Assembly (NCBI GenBank): GCA_977030845.1
Contig: OZ365115.1
Span: 18,042,001 to 18,106,000, forward strand
DNA from: Fimbriosthenelais zetlandica
Taxonomy: Eukaryota
Direction of reading: 5' to 3'
Length of the DNA stretch: 64,000 nt
A program made the position numbers and the translations under genes. Numbering within the stretch: the first letter of the stretch is position 1; each line of letters begins with the position of its first letter. Shown here piece by piece: positions 51,946-63,500 of this stretch. The notes below the pieces were generated by a model. That model saw only the letters and a list, made by a program, of their open reading frames with translations. It searched no databases and was not told the DNA's origin.

Positions 51946-53348
51946 TTCATATATGGCTCGTCGTACGATTTAAGAGCAAGAAAGACATAAAGCACATATA
52001 AAATGAAAGACTAAAAGGTGTTTAAGGATCTGATATAGAGAGTGAACATGAGATGGGGGAGATGTGCTTGCCAGGGAGGATCAATGACGGGTAATGTCTT
52101 TACCAGGAATATCTGAGGCGAGGTTCAGCTTGATCATTTAGTCTCACCCAAAGATTATAAGACACAAGGAGTCAGCATCTTCTAAGTGTGATTACCATTG
52201 GCTTGGCATTTCATTAAGGTTCCTAGTCGGCTGATTTATGAAGTTTTCCTGCCTGGAGGTATGTGCAGCCCTCTTCTAGATCTTCTATTCCTTCCCTGCC
52301 TTTGACATACTTCCATCCGTCAGCAGGCCCAGCCGCCTGGACGGAGGGCAGTGGTTGTCAGGGCAACAAGACGCCGACTTGTGACTATTTGTGACCGGAA
52401 GCGCTCCTTCTCTCCATGCAATTGATGAGCACCATCTGTTTGTTGAACGTGCCCGGACGTAGAGGCACGTCCCAGCGTAAAGCTGACAAATAGATGCACA
52501 ACTATCACTAACAAACTAGACTACTGCCACGAACCAGCTGCCACCCCGCTTTCCACTGGGACTGTCCACGATCCCTTGTTGCCCCAGCCCTGCTGACAAC
52601 AGCTACTACCTGGGTCCCCTTCAATCTGCTACCCCACCCACCCACCAAAACTATTCTTTTCCTTTCCCACCGAGACACCATGCGAAAGTGATGACATTGG
52701 CAATACATAACACTTTATATAGGAAAAGAGCCAAGTTTGTAGCCAAATATCGCAGCAGGACTTGATGCCAAGAAACGCCTGAAGGAATACTAAGGCTAAA
52801 CGTTGCCTCCTCACCAACCTGCATAATCACATTACTTGTGACCATATTGTAATGCGCACCAGGAAAATTGCAGATAATCTGACTAGAGATTCAATTTGAC
52901 ACGGACAGCCCTGCCTGTAGCCACTGATAGTGCTGTGGTCTTATATTGTAATCCAGTACCATCAATGCACGTCAGGAGCGCCACTAGCAAAGCACAAGAA
53001 ATGGTGACGTCATCACTTTCTGCTTAGCTCTAGGGTCAGTGTGTCATCGGTTTTTGTAGCTACAAAGTATGGTTCCTTAGTAACGGCCATATTACGGTCT
53101 GTTCGTCCGTGTAATGGGTTTTCCATGTTTGTGTGCACCAGGACCCCCACCCGCCGGTTTTCATTTGCTTGCTGCTCGATTGGAAATGTCACCATTCTTC
53201 AGGGACTACTAAGGACATAGGTGGCTCCTAGAGAAATGCACCATCACCCCACCAAGCAGCAGAGACACACACTAATCACTAGATTTGTCACGTGTTCGAG
53301 AAGGTCTCACAGGATTTTGAGGACAGGTAGAACATGAATGGACTCGGA

Positions 53349-53403
53349 CCAATCATTGCATGAGCAGAGGTCACCGGAAGTTGACACCCTGTGACCCGGA
53401 AAT
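53349..53403. promoter_or_regulatory. CCAAT + tandem ETS promoter-like element, candidate promoter of the LRR gene
   Basis: CCAAT (53349), ACCGGAAGT (53373-81), CCCGGAAAT (53395-403), 2.4 kb upstream of the LRR ATG. A full CRE lies at 53005-12. Confidence 0.4.
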
Positions 53404-55648
53404 GGTTGTCCCAACAGGAATAAACAGTAGTCGTCAGTCTGGTTCACTTGAAGTTTCAAAGCTAAAAAAACTGCCTTGCTTACAATTCAAATCAAGGAAA
53501 TAAAAATGTCATGCTTTTAATTCCAATCAAGAACATGTTTCAGAATGAAGGATTGGGCTTTTAAATCATCTGGAGAGAAACTTTTTTCCCTATAAGTAGC
53601 AAATAAAAGGGATTTAGCTGACAATATTTAAAATGATCCATTTCCCGTGAAACGTGGCAAAACAAATCAATATAGATTTCTCCATGCGATATAGAAGGAG
53701 CTCATAAAATCTCTACAATGGCTCCCATTGCATAACACTATTGCAGTAAATAACTGTGATTATAACTCCATAAACTCTTACATATTCAACCAGTGGAACC
53801 CTAAGCGTCTATTACGTCCTGTGCCTGGACAAGTTCTAACTGTCACCATAAGGTTACTAGCTACTATCGGTGTGGTTAAAGCCAGGAAGGTGAAGTAGCT
53901 ATACACACTCTCTAAAAGGTTTTACCATGATAATGGAAGGATAGTTCTTAAGTGGGTGTCCATGTATAAATCAAACCAAGGTTGGACCACTGACCACAAA
54001 ATATGACATTGTGCGGTAAGGCAGAGTGAAACTTCCATTTTGACACAAGCAAGTTCATTACAGACAATTGATTGATAATTTCTTACCAGGCTAAAAATGA
54101 CAAATCAAAGCCTTGTATAATAGTCATCTTGTAGAGTGACCTATAGTCTCGAGGGTGTGCTATAACAGTGCAAGAGCTTGATAGTTTGAAGAGGAGGAGA
54201 AGGGAAGTTAGAGACTATGGAGTGACTGTAGGCGATGGAGAATGATTGATATGAGCTGAGCTGATGGTTACAACCCGAGGGCCCTCCATAGGCCATGACT
54301 TGAGCTCAGCCTCACTCCTAATTGCATGACTGTTTAAACAGCTGCTGATTGTCACATGGAATGTCGATTGCTTCCACAAGCATTGCTCGTCTGGCTCCTC
54401 CTGCCGCAAGCGATCACATCTTTAAATCTGTGGAGTGATTTTTTCCCGGCTCCACCCCTTTTTTTCCTTCCTCTGACACTGACCAAATGGCAAATCATTG
54501 AAGAAAAAAACCTGGTTGGTTTTACCTTACCTGATGAAGGACTACATTGTCATTATTGTCCACACAATCAACCTATCGATCTAACGAGGGCTGCTAGGAG
54601 TACGAGAATAAGTAGATTCATGTAAGAACTTCCTTATTCTTCCTCAAGCTATTGTGATTATCACACAAAAGGGACTTTATCTGTTACAAACCAAGCACGA
54701 GGCTTTGATGTGACTGCTAAGTTCGGTACAAAACGTCCCTCCCTATAAATCCCGGTTTATCAGAAAGACCAACAGTAGTACGCCTTCACGAGTGGAAGGT
54801 TTTTGGGCGTTGAGCCAATGTTAACATTGCCCTGGGGCAAACTCACAGGAGTAGCTCGCTTCACACGCCTCCAAATATCCATCCACCTGCTCTGCTCACT
54901 GGCCTGTGAAAACTGGCCATTGATCTACGTTTTAAGGTCTGTGTGCAACCAATACGAGAGTGCTCAACAACAAAGCCCCCTGCCCTGTCAACTTCAATCA
55001 CTAACAGCCTCGCAGGTCTATATATATTAAGACTTATTTATAAATAAATACCCAACATATATACAAAAGATACAGATCAAAGCTATGGTAGGTGGAACAA
55101 AGTTACCTTAGAGGGTGTGGGTTGTCTCTGCTCTCATTGTATTCTGGTGCTGTGGCTCAAGTCAAGCAGAAGACTCTGTTGAACTTCCAGCAGTATTGAG
55201 GTACAGCTTTCTTGTATGTGTACAACCTTAACCCCAGACATAACACCTACATGATCTTATCTGTATTCAACCTTGACTCGACATCTCACCAAATTTAAAG
55301 ATAATCACTAGATAATATTTAATACCCATCGATGCATTGCGCCTCCTCAACCAAAGGCCTTTTCAGATACGGACTACATATATGCAGCCAGCAAATGCAT
55401 GACAGATTTATGGGGGCCCCATACAGCAATCGGGTGGGCACCAGGGACAGTTTATGAGTCACTCTATGCAGAATATAGAGACTTTTCACACCTGGATGAG
55501 CAGCTCTTGCTGCAGATCTTTTGATGTGTTCCAACCCGGTATTGATGCAAGACTGTATGAGCGATAAGAGAAGCCAGTGGGAAAATGGGAATCGCCTAAT
55601 GGTCTCAAAAAAGTTTGCACGCTACCAGTCTCTTCTACCAATCCATAC

Positions 55649-55671
55649 CCACCACCACCACCACCACCACC
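55649..55671 (+). repeat. (CCA)n microsatellite in the intron upstream of the LRR CDS; similar trinucleotide tracts at 50230-50250 (ACC) and 36741-36759 (CCT)
   Basis: Direct reading of the sequence. Confidence 0.9.
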
Positions 55672-55756
55672 CACTCTCACCTTCCTCTCTTATTGACTAT
55701 GTCTTAGAATTTTCGTCTACCAGAAACAGTTATATCTCTGGGTCTTATCTGGAGGG

Positions 55757-55782
55757 CTTTCTTGCCTGTATTTCTTCCTTAG
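55757..55782 (+). other. 3' splice acceptor immediately upstream of the LRR start codon (implies upstream 5'UTR exon or exons)
   Basis: CTTTCTTGCCTGTATTTCTTCCTTAG|TATCATGG: long polypyrimidine tract plus AG, 4 nt before the ATG. Confidence 0.75.
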
Positions 55783-55786
55783 TATC

Positions 55787-57040
55787 ATGGCCCTGCTTGA
55801 ATTAACAGTCTACCTCATGTCACTCTTACTCCTCTTACTCACCAATGCTACCCTGAGCTCCCATGAGCCTTGCCCCATTGATAATAGCTCCCTTTGTATG
55901 TGTCGATACAGTGACATACTTTGTGATGTCACAGGGAGTAACCGGGTACCCCGCTTTGTAGAAGATGGGGTCATGTACCGAAGTGTTGACCTCACGAGGC
56001 AATATATCCGTGAACTTCCAGAAGCCACCTTCTTCCACCTCAAAGTTAGGAAGATAAGTTTGGAGTTTAATCCTATTGGTGAAATGTTGCATGTAAATGC
56101 TTTCGCTGGGGTGGAAAATGTCCTTGAAGAATTATCCTTGGGGAACTGTTTGCTTCCCTCACTAAGACAAGGATTGTTGATAGGCATGAGGAAGCTTAAA
56201 CACCTGCACCTATGGAGCAACCATTTGAGATACATCCCTTCAGGGTTGTTTCTCGGAACACCTAAGTTACAGGAACTTGTCCTATGGGGCAACCAACTTG
56301 AGCGACTGGAAGAAAATATGTTTGCAGGACTTGCCCGCCTCCGTAGGCTGGACTTGGACCGGAATAGGATTACAGACATCCGAAATAACACCTTCCGGCA
56401 TTTGCCACGTCTAGAAGTGCTTCATATTGGAGAGAATAGAATCTTTACAGCATATGGTTACACATTTAGACACCTGAGCAACCTGAAAGTACTCAATTTG
56501 GACCATAATGGCCTGACATATATCTTCCGGGGGGCATTTGATGACTTGAAGGAGCTCCTCTCACTAGGACTCCACAATAATGATATAGGATTTATACCAG
56601 ATGGGACCTTCAAGGACCTTCAGGAACTCAATGTGCTCTGGCTGCAGGGCAATAGAATAGAGTTGATATGGGCCAAAACCTTTGCTGGCTTGACAAACTT
56701 GCAGAAGCTTTATCTTAGCGGTAATAAAATCCGCAATCTGCCTGAAGGGGTCTTCAGACAATCTCAAAAACTTAAGCAATTAATCCTAGACAATAACCAA
56801 CTAGAAACTCTTAGGAAATGTATATTGTCAAGGCGCACACGTTTGAAGACCCTTTCACTAGTAGGCAACCCTGTAACATGTGACTGTAGGCTCATGTGGC
56901 TATTGGATCTTATAAGAAGAGGAGTGACTGTATGGGGCACTTGTGCCACCTCGGCTGCCAAATCTCTTATGGCTGTATCAAATAAGGCCAACTACGATGC
57001 AGCACACTGCCCCTTCTCAAGTGCGGACTGCAGATTTTGA
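55787..57040 (+). CDS. Secreted extracellular leucine-rich-repeat (eLRR) protein, LRR-only architecture (IGFALS/CPN2/SLIT-fragment/chaoptin-like class), 417 aa, uninterrupted CDS
   Basis: Longest ORF by far. Hydrophobic signal peptide (MALLELTVYLMSLLLLLLTNATLS), LRRNT (CP..C.C....LC), about 13 LxxLxLxxN repeats (e.g. LKHLHLWSNHL, LQELVLWGNQL, LRRLDLDRNRI, LQKLYLSGNKI), LRRCT (GNPVTCDCRLMWL...WGTC...C). No C-terminal hydrophobic segment. Orthology cannot be assigned by eye. Confidence 0.95.
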   Translation: MALLELTVYLMSLLLLLLTNATLSSHEPCPIDNSSLCMCRYSDILCDVTGSNRVPRFVEDGVMYRSVDLTRQYIRELPEATFFHLKVRKISLEFNPIGEMLHVNAFAGVENVLEELSLGNCLLPSLRQGLLIGMRKLKHLHLWSNHLRYIPSGLFLGTPKLQELVLWGNQLERLEENMFAGLARLRRLDLDRNRITDIRNNTFRHLPRLEVLHIGENRIFTAYGYTFRHLSNLKVLNLDHNGLTYIFRGAFDDLKELLSLGLHNNDIGFIPDGTFKDLQELNVLWLQGNRIELIWAKTFAGLTNLQKLYLSGNKIRNLPEGVFRQSQKLKQLILDNNQLETLRKCILSRRTRLKTLSLVGNPVTCDCRLMWLLDLIRRGVTVWGTCATSAAKSLMAVSNKANYDAAHCPFSSADCRF

Positions 57041-57056
57041 GGCAGAAGCTGGGAAT

Positions 57057-57079
57057 AATAAAAGTATCAACTCAATAAA
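57057..57079 (+). terminator. Candidate polyadenylation signals of the LRR gene
   Basis: AATAAA at 57057-57062 and 57074-57079, just after the TGA at 57038-57040. AT-rich context weakens specificity. Confidence 0.5.
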
Positions 57080-58235
57080 ATTTAATCTGATACTGAAGCA
57101 TTTTCTTGCAAATGATGATATTTCATGTCTTGTTTAAAATTGGATCTTCATATTGCATTATCACATCTGGTACTGCTTCGACGGATCTGGATCTATTCCA
57201 GACCCTGTGTGAAAAGGCATGACGTGAGACTCTGAAATGTGGCTGAGTAATGTGAGTAGGTGTACTTAAGACCTGTACTTGGGAATAACTGAAGCTATCA
57301 AAGTATGTTCGATGAAGAATAATAATATAAGAAAAAAACACTGTATCTTCATGGTATGACAAATGCTGCAGTAAGTACATCACTATGTGACACAAGGAAT
57401 TATTTATTGTGAATATGGATTTAAGAATGTTATTCAACGAGCACTGTTGTGGGGATAAATTTGCATAATATCGAATGGTAAGTTAGTTTGACATGTATAA
57501 GCGTGATTAATAATAATATCATGTTCATGCTTCATATTAAGCTCATTCTTTGTTGTGTATTAAACAGTTCTGATCATCAGCGGAGACATGCAAATTGCAA
57601 TTACTGACCTTGTGCAATGTTAACTATTCAAGCAATTCTGATCAGGAGTGTAAAAATATGTCTAATGTGAAGTCTGGATTTCAAGTGCATCCAAACCCCT
57701 ATATTGATGATCATTCTAAAAATAAGGGTATTATTCTGACCTACTTTAATTCAGCTCTCCCGATTAGGGAAATATTGTTTCACATATGAATTTGGTACCA
57801 TCAGCATGGATTATGAATTCTAGCTTACGAGATACGTGTAAAACATTTCAAAACATGAATCTGTGAGAGACTCATTTTCAAAAAAAATAATAAGTACATG
57901 GGTAATATTTGATTTTAATCGCCACTTGGAATGAATGTGTTGCACTGATTGTATGCCAGACTATTTATGATACATGAATGAACTTGATGGTATCTTCGCT
58001 TGCAATTATGTTGAACATTGACTCTGATAAGACAAGATATATGCAATTGAAATATGGTTGTGTGGAAGTTGTGAGGTTGAGTTCTATATATTCACTGACT
58101 GCTCGAAAATATAATATCTGGTACCATTTTGGAAAATAACCCTTCATTGCCAAATGCAGAGCTCCATGTTATTTATAGGTATAGGAAACTGAATAGGAAA
58201 GCATTTCTCAATGGAAAGAATCATGCTTGGAACAT

Positions 58236-58277
58236 GTGCAATGAGCCCAATTGAGAGTGTAATGAGCCCAATTGAGT
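58236..58277 (+). repeat. 21-bp tandem duplication
   Basis: GTG(C/T)AATGAGCCCAATTGAG(A/T) x2. Confidence 0.9.
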
Positions 58278-59830
58278 CCAATATATCATTCAAAATTTAG
58301 TCCCTCAATCGAGATTATTGTCCTTGGTTAAGAATTATCAACGCAATATTCGAGATATCAAACCGTTCTGATTTGCACCTTTGATGACCGTTTTGAACAC
58401 ATACATCTTATAGTATTTAAAAAGCGTTTTTGATTTCTGTATCCAGGATATTATTACATCTGTGGTTGTCATGGCAACGTATTTTGAGTCATTGATCCAG
58501 AGATTATAAATAATGAATTGGCTTACTGCAAAGAATGATAAGGAACAAATTTCACTTACCAATTCATGGTCTAAATCGTAATGGCAACTGATGGTGTAAC
58601 TGTAAGAAAGGAAAGAAATTATGTCATACAAATAGCTCCCAAAAAGTTAATAGGGCCTGTCAATAGTAATGCCTATAGTAGACGCATAAGTGGCAAAGGG
58701 AAAACATAGATACCCGTAAATATCCACCTGTATAATCAAATACTGACTTTACGCTTTAACCCCCAAGGTCGAGTGAAAATTACAATATCAATATTATATT
58801 CTGAAGGAATGACATGGGTTCAAAGGCCCATGTGTAGAATATCCCAGTTTCTTCCATGATGTACGTTGATATTAATTATGTGAACATGTAACAGAATACC
58901 ATGATAATTATATTATAATATGCATGTTGCAAATGCTTTCAGTGCTGCCTGAACAGAAATCAATGAATTGAATTCTTGTCACAGAACTAACTCAGCAACA
59001 GTGATGTATATGTATGTATACCTGTACAGAGTTGTGAAGATCGTGATGATGATTCGAACCCCGAACATTGTTATCATTATTTCTAGCTGTATATTTGTAT
59101 ATAATGATACTTTACTTCCTTTGTGAGTGTGAAGCTCTAAGCAGATGTATGGATTATACTTGTGGACTATTAGACCTACTTGTGAATGGTGTTGTTATAC
59201 TGGTGTTAAAGAGGAATATTCCTGTTCCCCAACCAACCCCACCCCATGATCGCCTGTCAATATACATAAATACATAGGTACGAATGATGACAAAATAAAG
59301 GATATTACTGTCAATTATATTCCTCTATGCTCTTATATAAGTGATGAGTTCCTTTGGGTATTATATCCTTACTTGTGTTTCATGAATTATATTTTCCATT
59401 ATTTAAATTTACCTGGGAATCGGCACTGGCGGTTTGATGCAATATTTGTTGGAGAGAGGTAAAGGCCATGCCGTCACCAGTTGTCATTTCTTTGATAACA
59501 TAACACCAATCGACAGCAGCAGCTCGGAAAGTGCACATTCCGAATGCCCCTGCATCAAAATTGCCAATCATCTATGTTCTGATTTTGTTTATATTGCTTC
59601 ACCCAACTATTCAGTGGTTAGAAAGTTAAATATAAGTCAGACGTTTTCGTGTGGCCCTTCAATGTACAATTGTCCATAGACTGAATTCTACGACCCTGGA
59701 TATATATATGTAGAGCCTATAGTATTGGGTAGATATAACGGTAAAGACGGATTTAGCTTTCATAAAGGACTTTATGGTATATGATAGACAGGCCTCTCTT
59801 CCTCCGACTGAGCCTGGGCTTTATCTTAGC

Positions 59831-59872
59831 TGACGTCATATCCCACGTGGTTGCCTGCAGCCATCTGATTGG
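59831..59872. promoter_or_regulatory. CRE + E-box + CCAAT island downstream of the LRR gene
   Basis: TGACGTCA (59831-38), CCACGTGG (59843-50), ATTGG (59868-72). Confidence 0.4.
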
Positions 59873-60384
59873 TGGATTAATGACTAATGCAGTGTGACGT
59901 GCGAGTAATGCAATCTTTAGGGAGTCTGCCTATAGAAGGCCTGCGAAGTGAGTTGGTGGGAGAGTAGTGACCAAGGAGGGCTCTTTGGCAGACCATGGGC
60001 ATAGAAGGGGCAAAGAGCTATTTGAGGAGGTATGATGATAAGAAAAATGGTGAAAATCAAAGAGCAAAAGGGTGTCAGAAATAGAGGGAACCGAAGAAGC
60101 GTTTAGTCTGTCTATCACAAGCTTTTTACCTAACCCAAAAGTGGTGACAGAAGATGATCATGACCAGGCTTAGTCCTGTCCCTGAACATTGGCAAGATAA
60201 TGCACATTCAAAATGGGCTTATAAATACATTAGCTTCACATGGAGTCTCCAGACCATAAGAGAAATTATTCTTTTTCACTTCCAATTAATATACTGCCTC
60301 AAAAAAATACAAGATATACATTACCTTATTTTGGATTCATCATCATAGGCATATTAGCTGTAAAAAATAAAGCCAGCGACATTA

Positions 60385-60580
60385 TGTATGTATAATATAA
60401 TATTGAACCCTCCAACAGCTATAGGGCTCTTTTTTTGGGTCTGATCCATTGCAAGGAACGCAATAGAGGTTGATTTTAATCTGGGCCCATCCATTAAGTC
60501 AGAGCTGGTATAAGAGATTTCATCCGGAACACATAGCGAGAGCACATGGGCATAAATACACAGGGTTACGGAAGACGGAT
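60385..60580 (-). mobile_element. Possible decayed LINE APE endonuclease fragment
   Basis: Minus frame has TLCIYAH (cf. xYAP) followed about 45 aa later by PIAVGGFN (cf. IIxGDFN). Confidence 0.3.
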
Positions 60581-63500
60581 GGAGGCACTCTAGTGAAAGG
60601 CATTAATTGCAAAAATAGGGTATAAAATACCATTGGGTGGAAACATTGCTTTCAACATATGCCTTGTAGAATCATATGGTCTCTCAGTCTTAGCTATTGA
60701 GCCACTTCATTATATTTAAAGGTCTTACTGTCTGTTGTATATCTGATTCTATAATGTACATGTATTCCCATTTAAAATAAGATATTTTTATCTTATGCAG
60801 GAGCCTGTTTCAAAACGAAAATTAGCCATAGGCTTAGCATTGCTAATTTTCATTTGGAAATGAGCCTCAGGTTTTGGTATATACAATAAGTTGTACAGGT
60901 GTTGTTCGCTGAATAATTACACCAACTTACTTGCAATAACAACTAGTTTTATCCAAAGTTTGTACTAGAAGAAAATGATCAGTATGGCTTCCACTTTGCA
61001 TTCTGATATGCCATGGTAATCAGTTGGCTTTATGATATATATCTATGATGAATTGTGCTTATCATTCATAGAAAGAAGTCGTGGCATCCAAGAGACCGTC
61101 GCCATCGTGATAGATGGTAAACTTGAATTCACAATTAGGTGCAGACTTCAGCGGCGTCAGAGCGCATGTAGAATTTTAATGAAGTACTATAACCGGCTCA
61201 GATATATATGTTCTCTTCAGTTTGGAAAGATGATTTCAAGACTAAAATTTCATAGAAGTCTCGGGTCTGGGACAGAATTTATGTACTGGATTATGAGTTT
61301 GCTGTGCAATAATACTATGTGGCAATACACCTCTGTTGATAACGACACTGCATATAACCTCAATGGTATATATATATTTAGACCAAATAATATCATAATT
61401 CCATAATTGCATATGATGCATAGTTCATCGATGGCAATTATATTTCCCTTAAGGACATGTCTGATGATTTCCTTCCACTGAATGTTATTAATATATGGAG
61501 ACAGATGGGACATTTGAATGTATAAATCCATCCATCATTCTTTTCCCCTTCCAGCTCTTCATAAGAGCTATAATTGCATAAAAAGAACCCACCGTCCTTA
61601 TTTGCTCCCAACCACCTTCAAATGGCCGCTCCATATGGATGCGTTGCACAACAATGCTTTAGCCTATGGTTGTACATTGACCTGTATATCATAGAAAGAT
61701 TAGAGAAAGATTTCCTATAATGAAACATTTTGAAGACACTGGCTTTTTTTCAGTTGGCAGTTCATTGCTATGGGCATCAAGACATTTATTTATAACAGGG
61801 CTTTTGATTTCTTCTTCCCTCTCACTCTCAGACCGTGAAATTTTGTTTTGTTTGTTTGGTTTGAATATTTTTCTTTTGTTGATATTCCCATTTCCGAGAA
61901 GATAGCTAAAGATGTGAGGTCGATTTGTGAAAAGAAACATCAAAATATTGAGAGGATGTTCCTTGATCAAATAGATATGTTTCTTCAAACTTACAGCCCT
62001 TCAAGTTACTATTGCACCTAATATCACTATGCGGACAATAGGGGCTCAGGAATATTCAGGATATGTAATAGGCATGAGATATAGCACAGGTAAACTAAGG
62101 GGAACTTATGTAACTTGCATAGTTTAACAAAAGGATCATACCTAGATGAAGAGGAGAAATATATACGGACTACTCCTATAAACTAAAATACAGCTGTTTT
62201 TTTTTTTACCTATTGTGAAAACTAATGTGTGCCCTTTGGAAATCATTTAGCATGAACAAATCTGCCACACCCTCTTTGCCTGGGAATATGGAGATGGCTA
62301 TTCTGGAGCTTCTGCAGGAAACATAATAGCCTGCAATAAAGCTAATCAATGAAATATATGAAAGCTAAGAACTCCTTCGTTATAAAGGGATCACCCAGTG
62401 CTGTATATTATCATTATTGTTCTAATATTATTGAATACTATTTTCAAAAGGAGCCTGTAAGATTATCCCTAGGCTAATCTTGACTATTATATGAAAGTCC
62501 TGATATTATATGATATACATATTGAATTTACATGTTTTATAATCATTCATTAGGTTAATGAGCCCCTCCATTTGCTAATCAGAAACTAGTTATTAATTTC
62601 GATATATATATCGTAAATTGGAAGACCAAAGGATTATCAATATACTGGTAATATTGTTTATGAATACAGTCTTATACTATGTAAAAGTCATTCACAGTTG
62701 TGAAAAAGGTTTTGCTATACTGTAATTCATCAGGTGCAAAGTATATAAATCTATATTCGTTTTTCCCATACTTTAAAATAGTTTCTCAATCCCTCAGTAG
62801 TATGACGTAGTATATGTCATGTTCCATTTTAATACCTAACACACCCCAAATGACAGCTAGGGTATTATCTTAAATCCCTTCTGCTATACATATACAAATC
62901 TTTCACCGTAGTACTTATTTGCACATGATAAATCATTGAAAACATACAGGCATGTATAATTCCCGGAGCTATCTTAACTTCTACGATATGATCTACAAAT
63001 TGCCTTTACTTTGGGTTAGTGCACATCCAGCCGTTTCTATGGAACACCCTCTGTTGGGATTCACAGCACTGCTGCGAGACAGCCAATGATTACAATTGAT
63101 TGATGCAATCTGATATGTGACCTGATGCTCTTGGCAAAATCTCTTGCCTTTATTTGCTTTTTGTTCTTATCTTTGTTGCGCCTGTCCGTGGATTTTTTTC
63201 ATTGGGTTTTTCGCGAAGGCGTACCGATTGACTGGCATTTCATAAGGTATGCCAGGCATTGGGAGCAAGTCGGCACTGTGATTGGATATAGCATTATCAT
63301 CCGGGTATTTCTTATCCTCCAGGTGATAAACTGCCTACCTATTGGACCAGAACTAATTGAAATGAACAAAAATGAAGGCCATTTTGGGGAGGACCTCGAT
63401 AATAGTTTTCATCGAGGTTTTATCAATGATATATTATTGTTTATATCATAATAGGTATCAGAATAATGGAACAAGTTATTGCCAGGAAACCATAATGTCG

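Noticed and set aside
52611-52630. 17/20 match to mature miR-133 (TGGGTCCCCTTCAATCTGCT)
   Set aside because: No complementary star arm on either side, so no pre-miRNA hairpin can form.
53081-53110. AACGGCCATA...TTCGTCCG, resembling the 5S rRNA 5' end
   Set aside because: Needs a large deletion and similarity ends immediately; no internal promoter boxes.
55810-56391. 193-aa minus-strand ORF
   Set aside because: Antisense shadow of the LRR CDS; no recognisable protein features.
59051-59060. Isolated pol III B box (GGTTCGAATC on minus)
   Set aside because: No A box or tRNA-like context.
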